Positions 8,733 to 17,460 of a stretch of 64,000 nt of DNA are shown piece by piece; within the stretch, counting starts at the first letter, position 1, and each line of letters starts with the position of its first letter. A program made the translations under genes and the position numbers. This DNA is from Eubacteriales bacterium. Lineage in GTDB: Bacteria > Bacillota > Clostridia > Oscillospirales > CAG-382. Where the stretch lies: positions 3,743 to 67,742 of the forward strand of contig JAZOCR010000143.1 in assembly GCA_045596605.1 (NCBI GenBank). The letters run 5' to 3'. The notes below the pieces were generated by a model. It was not told where the DNA came from. It saw only the letters and a program-made list of their open reading frames with translations, and searched no databases.

Positions 8733-10283
8733 ATGGACTACATTAAATGGATTGTGCTTGGCGCAGTTGCCATTGTCGCAGTAATTGTAGCTTATGTTAT
8801 AGGCTATAATATGCGTAAGAAATTTGGTGAAGCCAAGATAAAATCCGCTGAAGACGAAGCAAAACGAATCCTTGACGAAGCGCTGAAGGATTCGGAAACC
8901 AAGAAAAAAGAAGCGCTTATCGAAGCAAAAGAAGAAGCACTAAAGCTCAAGAACGAAGCAGAACGTGAAGCAAAGGAACGCAGAAACGAGGTTGCCCGCC
9001 TTGAACACCGTGCACAGCAGAAAGAAGAAACACTGGACAGAAAAATCGAACAGTGCGAACAGACAGAAGAAAAGTACAAATCAAAAATTGCCGAGTGCGA
9101 TAAGAAGTATGAGGAAATAAACCAGCTTTACGACAAGCAGATTGCAAAGCTAGAGGAAATCTCCGGACTTACCTCCGAGCAGGCAAAGGAATATCTCCTT
9201 GAGCAGCTCGAAGCGCAGATACGTCACGAAGCGGCAATGAAAATCAACGAAATCGAACAGAGAACCAAAGAGGAAGCCGACGAAAAGGCAAGAAATATTA
9301 TATCTCTTGCAATTCAGCGCCTTGCCTCCGAGCAGGTTGCCGAAGCTACAGTTTCTACGGTTGCCCTGCCCAACGATGATATGAAGGGCAGAATAATCGG
9401 GCGTGAAGGACGTAATATCAAGTCTATTGAAGCAATAACAGGCGTTGATATTATTATCGACGATACACCCGAAGCAATTACCGTTTCCTGCTTTGACCCT
9501 GTACGCCGTGAAATCGCACGTCTTGCTCTTGAAAGACTTATCAGCGACGGCAGAATTCACCCCTCCCGCATTGAAGAAATGGTTGAAAAATGCACTAAAG
9601 AGGTGGAAACCATTATCAAGCAGTCCGGTGAGCAGGCTACCTTTGAAACAGGTGTTAACGGTCTTAACCCCGAGCTTGTACGTATGCTTGGCAGACTTCG
9701 CTACAGAACAAGCTACGGTCAGAATGTGCTTATCCACTCTATCGAGGTTGCACATATAGCAGGTATTATGGCAGATGAGCTTGGCGTTGACTCAACTCTT
9801 GCAAAAAGAGCAGGTCTTCTCCACGATATCGGTAAGGCAGCGAGCCACGAAATCGAAGGCTCTCACGTTACTCTCGGCGTAGATATCGCACGCCGCTTCA
9901 ATGAAAGCCGTGACGTAATTCACGCAATTGAAGCCCATCACGGCGATGTTGAGCCCCAGACAGTTGTTGCAATGCTTGTTCAGGCGGCGGACGCAGTATC
10001 TGCGGCACGCCCCGGTGCAAGACGTGAAAATCTTGAATCCTATATCAAGAGACTTCAGAAGCTTGAAGAAATCGCAACAGGCTTTGAGGGTGTTGATAAG
10101 TGCTTTGCTATCCAGGCAGGTCGTGAGATTCGTGTTATGGTTAAGCCCGAAAAGGTTTCCGATGACGATATGACACTTCTCGCACGTGATATCGCAACCA
10201 AAATCGAGGACGAGCTTGAATATCCCGGACAGATTAAGGTTAACCTCATAAGAGAAAGCAGAAAAGCAGATTTTGCAAAATAA
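8733..10283 (+). CDS. rny: Ribonuclease Y
   Basis: N-terminal TM, a long coiled-coil rich in E/K, a KH domain ([11 protein letters not shown]) and an HD domain (LLHDIGK). ATG at 8733 lies 5 nt after GGAGG (8723-8727). The track GTG at 8727 is less likely. Confidence 0.93.
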   Translation: MDYIKWIVLGAVAIVAVIVAYVIGYNMRKKFGEAKIKSAEDEAKRILDEALKDSETKKKEALIEAKEEALKLKNEAEREAKERRNEVARLEHRAQQKEETLDRKIEQCEQTEEKYKSKIAECDKKYEEINQLYDKQIAKLEEISGLTSEQAKEYLLEQLEAQIRHEAAMKINEIEQRTKEEADEKARNIISLAIQRLASEQVAEATVSTVALPNDDMKGRIIGREGRNIKSIEAITGVDIIIDDTPEAITVSCFDPVRREIARLALERLISDGRIHPSRIEEMVEKCTKEVETIIKQSGEQATFETGVNGLNPELVRMLGRLRYRTSYGQNVLIHSIEVAHIAGIMADELGVDSTLAKRAGLLHDIGKAASHEIEGSHVTLGVDIARRFNESRDVIHAIEAHHGDVEPQTVVAMLVQAADAVSAARPGARRENLESYIKRLQKLEEIATGFEGVDKCFAIQAGREIRVMVKPEKVSDDDMTLLARDIATKIEDELEYPGQIKVNLIRESRKADFAK

Positions 10284-10290
10284 TAATATG

Positions 10291-10330
10291 CGCTTCCGCA
10301 GGACTTCGCCGCGGAAGCGTTTTTCTTTTT
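10291..10330 (+). terminator. Intrinsic terminator after rny
   Basis: CGCTTCCGC (10291-10299) pairs with GCGGAAGCG (10311-10319), followed by TTTTTCTTTTT. Confidence 0.8.
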
Positions 10331-10475
10331 ATGCAAAGATTTTTGCACATTGTTTGCCAAACACACCCTTTTGTGTTTCAAAACTGTAAAATAAAATCCA
10401 TACGGGAGATAATTCATACTTTAATGTAGAAATGGTATAAAAAATAAATTATAATAAATACAATTGAAGTTATTG

Positions 10476-10500
10476 TAGGGTGCGACGTCCTCGGCGCACC
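10476..10500. repeat. Short GC hairpin motif (GGTGCG-N10-CGCACC), second copy of the 6063 motif
   Basis: TAGGGTGCGACGTC at 10476-10489 is identical to 6063-6076. The stem is GGTGCG (10479-10484) / CGCACC (10495-10500). Confidence 0.7.
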
Positions 10501-10532
10501 ATTATATAAAGTAAATAAGCAAAGGAGAAAAA

Positions 10533-11597
10533 ATGTCAGATAAAAAAACTTGCAACAGCCGCCTTGGCTCTACCGGCGGACAGGCAGTCCTTGAAGGCGT
10601 AATGATGAAGTCAAAGGATAAGGTGGCTTTGTCAGTCCGTGATACAAGCGGAAAAATACGTACCGAGGTAACGGATAGCAAACCGCTTACCTCTAAAAAT
10701 AAATTCTTCAGAATCCCCATTATCAGAGGCATAGTCGGCTTTGTTGACTCAATGATTCTCAGCTTCAGCACACTCTCAAGGTCTGCAGATATGCTCGGTA
10801 TCGAGGAAGAAGAAACCAAATTTGAAAAGTGGCTTAGCAAAACCTTTGGCAAAAGCATCGCAGCTATAGCTTCCGTTATTGGAACAGTGCTTGGCGTCGG
10901 ACTGTCACTTGTGCTCTTTATGTGGCTACCGAAGCTCATTTCAAACTTCCTTGTGCCCGCAGAGCTTGTAGATGCAAATTACGGCTTTGCAGTACTTAAA
11001 AGCTTTATTCAGGGTGTACTCAGAATTATTATTTTCCTTGCGTATATAGGACTTGTGTCCTTTATTCCCGATATAAAACGCACCTTTATGTATCACGGTG
11101 CAGAGCATAAGTCTATTTTCTGCCACGAAAGCTGTCTGGAGCTTACCGTTGAAAACGTAAAGAAAATGTCAAGATTCCACCCCAGATGCGGAACAAGCTT
11201 CCTTGTCGTAATGATGGTTATCGGAATACTCATAGGTATTCCCTTTGCAAATCTTAAAGACGGAATATATATGGTGCTAAAGCTCCTCACGCTGCCTCTT
11301 GTGGTAGGTGTAGGCTATGAGTTTATAAGATACGCAGGAAGACACGACAATACACTTGTACGTGTCCTGTCAGCACCGGGACTCTGGGTGCAAAGACTTA
11401 CCACCAAAGAGCCTACCGATGATATGATTGAGGTTGCAATACGCTCCCTCAAAGCATCGCTTCCCGAAACTTACCCTGAAATCCTCGTGGAGCTTTCGGA
11501 AAATGAAGCCGCAGAGGGCGCAGAAGTAGCAGAAGAAGCAGGAGAAACAGAAGAAAATGAACCGGACAACGCACAGAATATGTCCGAAGGTGAATAA
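10533..11597 (+). CDS. DUF1385 family membrane protein (YqhQ-like)
   Basis: The N-terminus GGQAVLEGVMMK is typical of DUF1385. HGAEHK motif. Located immediately upstream of prmC as in many Firmicutes. RBS AAAGGAG. Confidence 0.85.
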   Translation: MSDKKTCNSRLGSTGGQAVLEGVMMKSKDKVALSVRDTSGKIRTEVTDSKPLTSKNKFFRIPIIRGIVGFVDSMILSFSTLSRSADMLGIEEEETKFEKWLSKTFGKSIAAIASVIGTVLGVGLSLVLFMWLPKLISNFLVPAELVDANYGFAVLKSFIQGVLRIIIFLAYIGLVSFIPDIKRTFMYHGAEHKSIFCHESCLELTVENVKKMSRFHPRCGTSFLVVMMVIGILIGIPFANLKDGIYMVLKLLTLPLVVGVGYEFIRYAGRHDNTLVRVLSAPGLWVQRLTTKEPTDDMIEVAIRSLKASLPETYPEILVELSENEAAEGAEVAEEAGETEENEPDNAQNMSEGE

Positions 11598-12439
11598 TGA
11601 CTTATAACGAATTTAAAACCGAAGCAGTGGAATTGCTCTCTAAATGTCCCGACGTGGAAAATCCGGACTTTGAAATATCAACTATAATGTGCCATATAGC
11701 AGGCGTTGGCAAAGCAAGGCTTCTTGCGATGCGTACAGAGGAGCTTTCCGAGGACTTGCTCTATAAAATGAGAGACGCAGTAGAGAGAAGACTTCAATGC
11801 GAGCCTCTGCAGTATATAATCGGCGAATGGGAGTTTTTTGGTCTTCGTATGTTCTGTGGTGAGGGCTGCCTTATACCAAGACCCGAAACCGAGCTGCTTG
11901 TGGAAAAAGCCATAGAGCTATTGCCGCCCGGCGCACATTTCCTTGACCTTTGCAGTGGAAGCGGATGTATATCCGTGGCAATACTCAATAACCGCAAGGA
12001 CGTTACCGGAACGGCTGTGGATATTTCTGCTGCCGCACTTGGATATGCAAAAAAGAATGCAAAGTATCACAAGGTTGAAAACAGACTTGAAATAGTAAAT
12101 ATGCCGCTTGAGGATTATCTTCCCGTAAAAATTCCATACTGCATAATTTCAAACCCGCCTTACGTTAAAACCGAGGATGTGGAAGCCTTTCCACCGGTGA
12201 TGAAATACGAGCCGAGAATAGCCTTTGACGGCGGTCACGACGGACTTGAATACTATAAAACCATCGCAATGCGCTACTGCTCAAGATTTCTCGCAAACGG
12301 CGGTTATCTTATGCTTGAAGCAGGCTACGATACCGTTCGAGAGGTTGAAGCAATACTCAAATACCGCAAAATGCGCACGGAAATTCTGACGGATATGTTT
12401 GGAGTTGAGCGTGTGTGCATCGGAAAAAAGGTAGAATAA
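11597..12439 (+). CDS. prmC: Peptide chain release factor N5-glutamine methyltransferase
   Basis: NPPY motif (IISNPPYV), SAM-binding DLCSGSGCI, and a TAATG overlap with the upstream gene. Confidence 0.9.
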   Translation: MTYNEFKTEAVELLSKCPDVENPDFEISTIMCHIAGVGKARLLAMRTEELSEDLLYKMRDAVERRLQCEPLQYIIGEWEFFGLRMFCGEGCLIPRPETELLVEKAIELLPPGAHFLDLCSGSGCISVAILNNRKDVTGTAVDISAAALGYAKKNAKYHKVENRLEIVNMPLEDYLPVKIPYCIISNPPYVKTEDVEAFPPVMKYEPRIAFDGGHDGLEYYKTIAMRYCSRFLANGGYLMLEAGYDTVREVEAILKYRKMRTEILTDMFGVERVCIGKKVE

Positions 12440-12516
12440 AATATATTAAATGAGTAAATTCCTGTATTTTTGCGGTGATTTACTCATTTGTTATAATGTT
12501 TTGAGAGGTATTGAAA

Positions 12517-13779
12517 ATGGAAAGAAGCTATAAAAGTACGAAAATTGCCTGCTACATAGGGTATATGACCCAGGCAATAGTTATAAATCTTGCGCCGATA
12601 TTTTTCGTTATTTTCAGCGATGCATACGGCGTGGATAACGCAAGACTCGGAACTCTCGTGCTTGTAAATTTCCTTGTGCAGATACTTACAGACCTTGTTT
12701 CCGTAAAGCTTGTAAACAAAATAAACACCCGTCTCTGCGCCGTGCTTGCCCACGTGTTTTGCTTTGCGGGACTTATGCTTCTCGGAGTCTTGCCACTCCT
12801 TTTTGAAAATACCTACCTCGCACTTATGCTTTCCACCGTAATTTATTCGGTGGGCGGCGGACTTACCGAGGTTATTTTAAGTCCCATTATAGACGCTATC
12901 CCGATAAACGACGCCAATAACGGAAAAGCAAAAGCGGCAGCAATGAGCTTTCTTCATTCCTTCTACTGCTGGGGACAGGTGGCGGTTGTCCTTGTTTCCA
13001 CGCTTGCTCTGTACGTTATGGGCGATAATCTCTGGACGCTTATACCGATGTTCTGGTCGCTTGTGCCCCTTTGTAACGCAGTGAAATTTCTGTTTGTTCC
13101 GATACCTGCCTTTGTCAGCGAAAAGGAAAGAACACCCGTTAAAAAGGTTGTGTTTTCCCGCCTTTTTGCTTTGTCAGCGGTACTTATGATATGCGCAGGC
13201 GCATCTGAGCTTGCAGTGTCCCAGTGGGCGTCAATGCTTGCAGAAAAAGGACTCGGAGTTTCAAAGGTGGCAGGTGACCTGCTTGGTACCTGTGCTTTCG
13301 CTCTTTTTATGGGCGTAGGCAGAATACTTTACGGAATATTCGGTACAAGACTGCACCTTTCGAGAAGCCTGCTTTTTTGCGCAGGCACGTGCGTGCTGGG
13401 CTATCTTATGATAATACTGCCTAAAAATCCGGCACTTGCCCTTGCCGGATGCTCCGTATGTGGATTTTCCGTAAGCGTTATGTGGCCGGGAGTTCTCAGC
13501 CTTGCTTCAAGAGAGTTTCCGAGAAGCGGAGCTGTGCTCTTTAGCCTTCTTGCAGTGTGCGGAGATATAGGCTGCTCGCTTGGTCCTTGGCTTACCGGTA
13601 TAGCTTCCGGTGCTGCCGATACCAGGTGGCTTTCAGAAGCGGCAGTGTTTTCGGGGCTTGCCCCGGAGCAAATCGCACTCAAATGGGGACTTCTCGCAGC
13701 AGGCATTTTCCCACTTGTGATGATTTTTGCCGTGCTTGCGTTTATGAGAATGAGGAAAAAGAACAGATTAAAACAGTGA
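12517..13779 (+). CDS. MFS transporter
   Basis: About 12 predicted TM helices over 420 aa. ATG at 12517 lies 8 nt after GAGAGG. The track TTG at 12511 is less likely. Confidence 0.75.
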   Translation: MERSYKSTKIACYIGYMTQAIVINLAPIFFVIFSDAYGVDNARLGTLVLVNFLVQILTDLVSVKLVNKINTRLCAVLAHVFCFAGLMLLGVLPLLFENTYLALMLSTVIYSVGGGLTEVILSPIIDAIPINDANNGKAKAAAMSFLHSFYCWGQVAVVLVSTLALYVMGDNLWTLIPMFWSLVPLCNAVKFLFVPIPAFVSEKERTPVKKVVFSRLFALSAVLMICAGASELAVSQWASMLAEKGLGVSKVAGDLLGTCAFALFMGVGRILYGIFGTRLHLSRSLLFCAGTCVLGYLMIILPKNPALALAGCSVCGFSVSVMWPGVLSLASREFPRSGAVLFSLLAVCGDIGCSLGPWLTGIASGAADTRWLSEAAVFSGLAPEQIALKWGLLAAGIFPLVMIFAVLAFMRMRKKNRLKQ

Positions 13780-13799
13780 TAATGAAGTAAAAGTTTTAT

Positions 13800-14050
13800 A
13801 CGGCACGGAATATTTCCGTGCCGTATAATTTTTGATGGTATAAGGCTCTCCCTCTGGGAGAGCTGTCAGCGAAGCTGACTGAGAGGGGGGATTTCCCGAT
13901 GCCGAGAGCTGTCAACGAGACTTATTGAGAGGGGGTAATTCCCGATGCCAAGAGCTGTCAACGAGACTTATTGAGAGGGGGGGGATAACATTCAACTCCC
14001 TCTCCGACACGCCTCTCGGCGTGCCACCTCTCCCCAAGTGGAGAGGCGAA
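13800..14050 (+). repeat. Modular stem-loop repeat element, copy A (terminator + module A + 2x module B + module C)
   Basis: Terminator hairpin ACGGCACGGAA-TAT-TTCCGTGCCGT at 13800-13824. Module A has hairpins GCTCTCCC/GGGAGAGC (13845-13863) and GTCAGC/GCTGAC (13865-13879). A ~48-nt module B (..GAGAGCTGTCAACGAGACTTATTGAGAGGG) is tandemly duplicated, ending in a G8 run at 13977-13984. Module C has hairpins CACGCC/GGCGTG and CCTCTCC/GGAGAGG. Positions 13800-13889 are identical to 16733-16822. Confidence 0.85.
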
Positions 14051-14067
14051 TCCGCCACAACCGGTAG

Positions 14068-14568
14068 TCATGATTTGCCGAGGCTATTTGCAAGGTTGAT
14101 AATTTCTATCTTTTTTCTTTTGGCGTAGTCAAATGTTTTTGCCGCACCGCCGAATGAGTATTTTATGTAGCAGATTAAATAATCTGATTTATCAACCATA
14201 TATTGATTTGTCTTAATTATTTTTAGCCTTGGGGGAGTATTTAAAGGGATATTCGGTATAAATACTTCGTCAAACCATTTTAATTTTGAGTTGCCTATTT
14301 TGTTTTCCGCTTTGTTTAAATATGGAATTACAAGGTAAGCACGAAATTTATTACATTCTTCCTTTAATTCGTATATCGCTGTTGCTACTATGTTGTCAAA
14401 ATCTCCGTAATTGCCAACATAGCAATAAACTATATCGGCGGTCTGAGCAATGCTCCGAAGTGTTTCTTTGATTTGATTTTTTATTATATCGTTATCTTCT
14501 GAAATTTGAGAGTGTCCTGCGAAACAACAAGATTTTTTTGTAACTATATCTTTGCTTGAAATCATCAT
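14068..14568 (-). CDS. SLOG-superfamily DUF1273 protein (YpsA/YoqJ-like)
   Basis: The N-terminal CCFAGHS motif resembles the DUF1273 CFTGHR signature. About 166 aa. I place the start at the ATG-ATG at 14568 because a perfect TTGACA-17-TATAAT promoter (14597-14625) lies inside the longer track ORF. AGGAAAG RBS. Sampled lines are very AT-rich, about 20-35% GC. Confidence 0.7.
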   Translation of the reverse strand: MMISSKDIVTKKSCCFAGHSQISEDNDIIKNQIKETLRSIAQTADIVYCYVGNYGDFDNIVATAIYELKEECNKFRAYLVIPYLNKAENKIGNSKLKWFDEVFIPNIPLNTPPRLKIIKTNQYMVDKSDYLICYIKYSFGGAAKTFDYAKRKKIEIINLANSLGKS

Positions 14569-14596
14569 ACAATTGTTCTTTCCTGATTTTTTTACA

Positions 14597-14639
14597 ATTA
14601 TACTATACTTTTTGGCATATGTCAAGTGTTTAGAACACT
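14597..14639 (-). promoter_or_regulatory. Promoter of the SLOG gene with an overlapping palindromic operator candidate
   Basis: Reverse strand: TTGACA (14620-14625), 17-nt spacer, TATAAT (14597-14602). The palindrome AGTGTT-TAG-AACACT (14625-14639) abuts the -35. A third AACACT half-site (14677-14682) abuts the + strand -10 (TATAAT 14683-14688) of the XRE gene. Confidence 0.55.
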
Positions 14640-14719
14640 AATATAGAGATTAGCACCTATTATAATTTGTGATAAAAACACTTATAATAAGTTCAAATCA
14701 CAATAATAGTGAGGCAACT

Positions 14720-15079
14720 ATGAAACATAACGATGATTTTTATTACGCAATAGGTCAACGTATTAAAGAAGCGAGAATAAATAAGAAAATAACGCAGGAA
14801 GAGCTTGCCGTAATGGTTAACCTCGGAAGTGCACAGCAAATAAGCGTAATTGAAAGAGGACTTGGCGGTATGTCCCTTGAAAAATTTGCGCAGTTTTGTA
14901 AAGCACTCGACGTAGACGCAGAATATCTGCTGTTTGGCAATTCTTCAAGAGAAACGGCTACGCCTATCGGCAGATATCTTTCATCTATGACAAGCTCGCA
15001 GGCAAGGTGCGCAGAGGAGCTTATTGCTGTTTTTGCGAAGGCTCTCGATGAGGAAAATAAACTTCGGAGCGATAATTGA
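14720..15079 (+). CDS. XRE-family helix-turn-helix transcriptional regulator
   Basis: HTH_3 pattern IGQRIKEARINKKITQEELAVMVNLGSAQQISVIERG. ATG at 14720 after GTGAGG (14709-14714). Divergent from the SLOG gene. Confidence 0.8.
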   Translation: MKHNDDFYYAIGQRIKEARINKKITQEELAVMVNLGSAQQISVIERGLGGMSLEKFAQFCKALDVDAEYLLFGNSSRETATPIGRYLSSMTSSQARCAEELIAVFAKALDEENKLRSDN

Positions 15080-15104
15080 TATTACTTTAAAAACACGGAA
15101 AGCA

Positions 15105-15130
15105 AAAAGGGGCGAAATTCGCCCCTTTTT
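15105..15130 (+). terminator. Intrinsic terminator after the XRE gene
   Basis: AAAAGGGGCG (15105-15114) pairs with CGCCCCTTTT (15120-15129); T-run follows. Confidence 0.8.
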
Positions 15131-15166
15131 AATATATGCAGAATAATTGATTTGCATAAAAAAGTA

Positions 15167-15195
15167 TTGACACATAAATCTCCATATGCTAAAAT
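15167..15195 (+). promoter_or_regulatory. Sigma-A type promoter (TTGACA-17-TGcTAAAAT)
   Basis: TTGACA at 15167-15172, 17-nt spacer, TAAAAT at 15190-15195 preceded by TGC. Confidence 0.6.
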
Positions 15196-15239
15196 GAAAA
15201 TAGAAATAGCCCAAACGGCTATGAAGAAAGGAGACAATT

Positions 15240-16718
15240 ATGAAAAAACTCACATCAGTTATCCTCGCACTTGCACTTTTGCTCTCTGTCTTTTCCCTTA
15301 CCGCCACGGCAAAGAGTAGCAGCGTCAAGGTGCAGATTGCCCCCTTTTATACCCAGATAAACGACATCAGCATATATAATTCGGGGGTAAAATATCCGCT
15401 TATCCTGTATAAAGACGTGACGTATATCCCCGTGACATACTATCTTTCTATGGAATTGGGACTTGTTTCCGGATATGACAGTGATGAAGGCTTTTACATA
15501 GTGCGTGACCACTCTGGAGTTGATGAAACGCTTCTTCCCGAAAACCCCATTGACCTTTTCGGCGGATATGCCAAGAACAGCTACGGAAAGCAGTACGACG
15601 CAGTTATTCCCGACTATCCTGTGTACCTGAATGGCGTAAATCTTATGGAGAAAAACAGCCAGTATCCCGTTCTTAACTTCCGTAACGTTACCTATCTTCC
15701 GATGACCTATGAAATAGCAGTGGAGGAGTTGAATTTTAATCTGAAGTGGTCGGGCAAGGATTATTCCCTGTATATTGACAGCTACAACGGAATGAACGGC
15801 GGAATATACCTAACGGATATGTCAGAGGGACAGATGAATTTCCAGAAGCTCGTAACCGTTTACCGTGAATATCTGCACGATGAAAAGACCGGTGCAATGG
15901 GCTACGAAAGGCTTTACGACTATTACGCACAGTACACCTTTGACGCTGAAAAGGATGAGCTTTTGACTCTCGAAAACACAAGCGTGCCGCAGGAAATAAA
16001 ATATTATAACGCCACTGGTACTCTTGGAGCAACGGCGGTAAATATCGAAATCAGTGGCGGTAAGCTGTATTTTGACAAGCTTGAGCTATGCCCACTTCCC
16101 GACGGATATAATTCTGCTAAGGGTAAAAAATATACCGATGGCGAAAAGACTTTCGTTCTTGCAACTGCGTCAAATAATACTGTTCCATCACGGTATGTTC
16201 CCCGTAAAGAATTCCTTTTTGAGATAGATACCAATAAAGCAAAGCTCCTTTCACAGTTGGATAGTTCAAAAACTCTCTCCGGAATTTATAAAGGAGCAGA
16301 TGAAGCCTATTATATCAGCTTTAATTCTCTTTCGCCCTTTGGAAGTGCGAAATACGAAAACTATTTCTCGCTTGTTATGAAATATACCGCAGACGGCAGA
16401 CTTGTAAATATAGCTGAGGACTACGGCTTCGGAAGCCTCAGTGTTGTCGGCGCATATGACGGAAAGCTCTACGTTCGTGCTGTGAATTATTACAGCGCAA
16501 AAGATTCACTTGGACTTGAAAACTTTTCCTACGATCCGGTGCATAGTGGATATTACGTAATTGATACAAAGAATGGCGGAAAAATGTCGAGGCTTTATCC
16601 CTATATAAGCGGAGAACTGTTTGTAGGCTATGACGGCTCACTCTACTGCATTACCGACTACGCAAAAAATCAAAGGCTTGTAAACCTTAATACCGGAAAA
16701 ATGTACGAGTTTAAATAA
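15240..16718 (+). CDS. Secreted protein: N-terminal stalk-like repeats plus a C-terminal beta-propeller-like (DUF5050-like) region
   Basis: Signal peptide MKKLTSVILALALLLSVFSLTATA. A two-fold repeat of the YP(L/V)L..(K/R)(D/N)VTY(I/L)P(V/M)TY pattern recalls copper-amine-oxidase-N-like stalk domains. The C-terminus is rich in YY and GxLY strands. The family assignment is from memory. Confidence 0.6.
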   Translation: MKKLTSVILALALLLSVFSLTATAKSSSVKVQIAPFYTQINDISIYNSGVKYPLILYKDVTYIPVTYYLSMELGLVSGYDSDEGFYIVRDHSGVDETLLPENPIDLFGGYAKNSYGKQYDAVIPDYPVYLNGVNLMEKNSQYPVLNFRNVTYLPMTYEIAVEELNFNLKWSGKDYSLYIDSYNGMNGGIYLTDMSEGQMNFQKLVTVYREYLHDEKTGAMGYERLYDYYAQYTFDAEKDELLTLENTSVPQEIKYYNATGTLGATAVNIEISGGKLYFDKLELCPLPDGYNSAKGKKYTDGEKTFVLATASNNTVPSRYVPRKEFLFEIDTNKAKLLSQLDSSKTLSGIYKGADEAYYISFNSLSPFGSAKYENYFSLVMKYTADGRLVNIAEDYGFGSLSVVGAYDGKLYVRAVNYYSAKDSLGLENFSYDPVHSGYYVIDTKNGGKMSRLYPYISGELFVGYDGSLYCITDYAKNQRLVNLNTGKMYEFK

Positions 16719-16732
16719 GGCATAATAACGAC

Positions 16733-16866
16733 ACGGCACGGAATATTTCCGTGCCGTATAATTTTTGATGGTATAAGGCTCTCCCTCTGGGAGAGCTGTC
16801 AGCGAAGCTGACTGAGAGGGGGTAACTCCCGACGCCGATAGCTGTCAATGAGACTTATTGAGAGGG
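16733..16866 (+). repeat. Modular stem-loop repeat element, copy B (terminator + module A + 1x module B)
   Basis: Positions 16733-16822 match 13800-13889 at 90/90 nt. The next ~44 nt match module B of copy A with a few substitutions. Confidence 0.85.
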
Positions 16867-16957
16867 CAACAAATATACTGTATTACCTATTGATTTATTT
16901 TCAAAAACGTGCTATACTGTTTACAGGCATCTATTTTACGAAAGGAATCACAGATAA

Positions 16958-17170
16958 ATGATAAAAGAAAAAATAGACCGCATAAACCAGCTTGCAAAAA
17001 AATCAAAGACCCCCGAGGGACTTACAGATGCGGAGAGGGCAGAGCAAAAGGCACTCCGTGACGAGTATATCGCCGAATATCGTGCACAGTTTACCGGTAT
17101 CCTTGAAAACACCTATCTCCAAAGACCCGACGGCACCAAGGAAAAGATACAGAGAAAGGATAAAAAGTAA
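16958..17170 (+). CDS. DUF896 (UPF0291, YnzC-like) small protein
   Basis: The 70-aa sequence IDRINQLAKKSKTPEGLTDAERAEQKALRDEYI fits the DUF896 pattern. A TTGATT-17-TATACT promoter lies upstream. Confidence 0.8.
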   Translation: MIKEKIDRINQLAKKSKTPEGLTDAERAEQKALRDEYIAEYRAQFTGILENTYLQRPDGTKEKIQRKDKK

Positions 17171-17237
17171 TCTTTTTTTCTTTAAAGATGGCACTTTTTG
17201 GTGACAAGGGATTTGTTTCCAAATAATTAACGGTGGC

Positions 17238-17268
17238 AAAACAGAGGCTTAAAAGGCCTCTGTTTTTA
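17238..17268 (+). terminator. Intrinsic terminator after the DUF896 gene
   Basis: CAGAGGCT (17242-17249) pairs with GGCCTCTG (17255-17262), followed by TTTTT. Confidence 0.7.
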
Positions 17269-17460
17269 CTTTGCGCCGGATATGTGTTTCAGAATTGTGA
17301 ATTTTAAAGATTTTTATGTAATTTAAGGCTTAAAATCGCCTGATTCATTTGACTTTTTGCGGCACTTGTGATATAATAATGAAGATGGGTATATATTTTA
17401 ATATGTAGAATTTTTTGGAACTTTTTGCCCTGCCGCTATGCGACAGTATGGAGGACTATA

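Noticed and set aside
13890-13984. Tandem ~48-nt direct repeat considered as a possible mini CRISPR array
   Set aside because: There are only two adjacent units with no unique spacers between them, and no cas genes. The unit is a module of the larger repeat family found at two other loci.
13925-14128. A 67-aa ORF (and the 80-aa ORF at 28889-29131) inside the modular repeats
   Set aside because: The reading frames run through stacked hairpin modules that recur as DNA repeats in different combinations. They have no RBS. They are repeat-derived pseudo-ORFs.
14569-14625. Longer N-termini offered by the ORF track for the SLOG gene (14625), the AraC gene (42117) and the LRR gene (40102)
   Set aside because: In each case a consensus promoter and/or a strong RBS lies inside the extension, and the shorter start gives a sensible N-terminus (a lipoprotein signal, or an RBS-proximal ATG).
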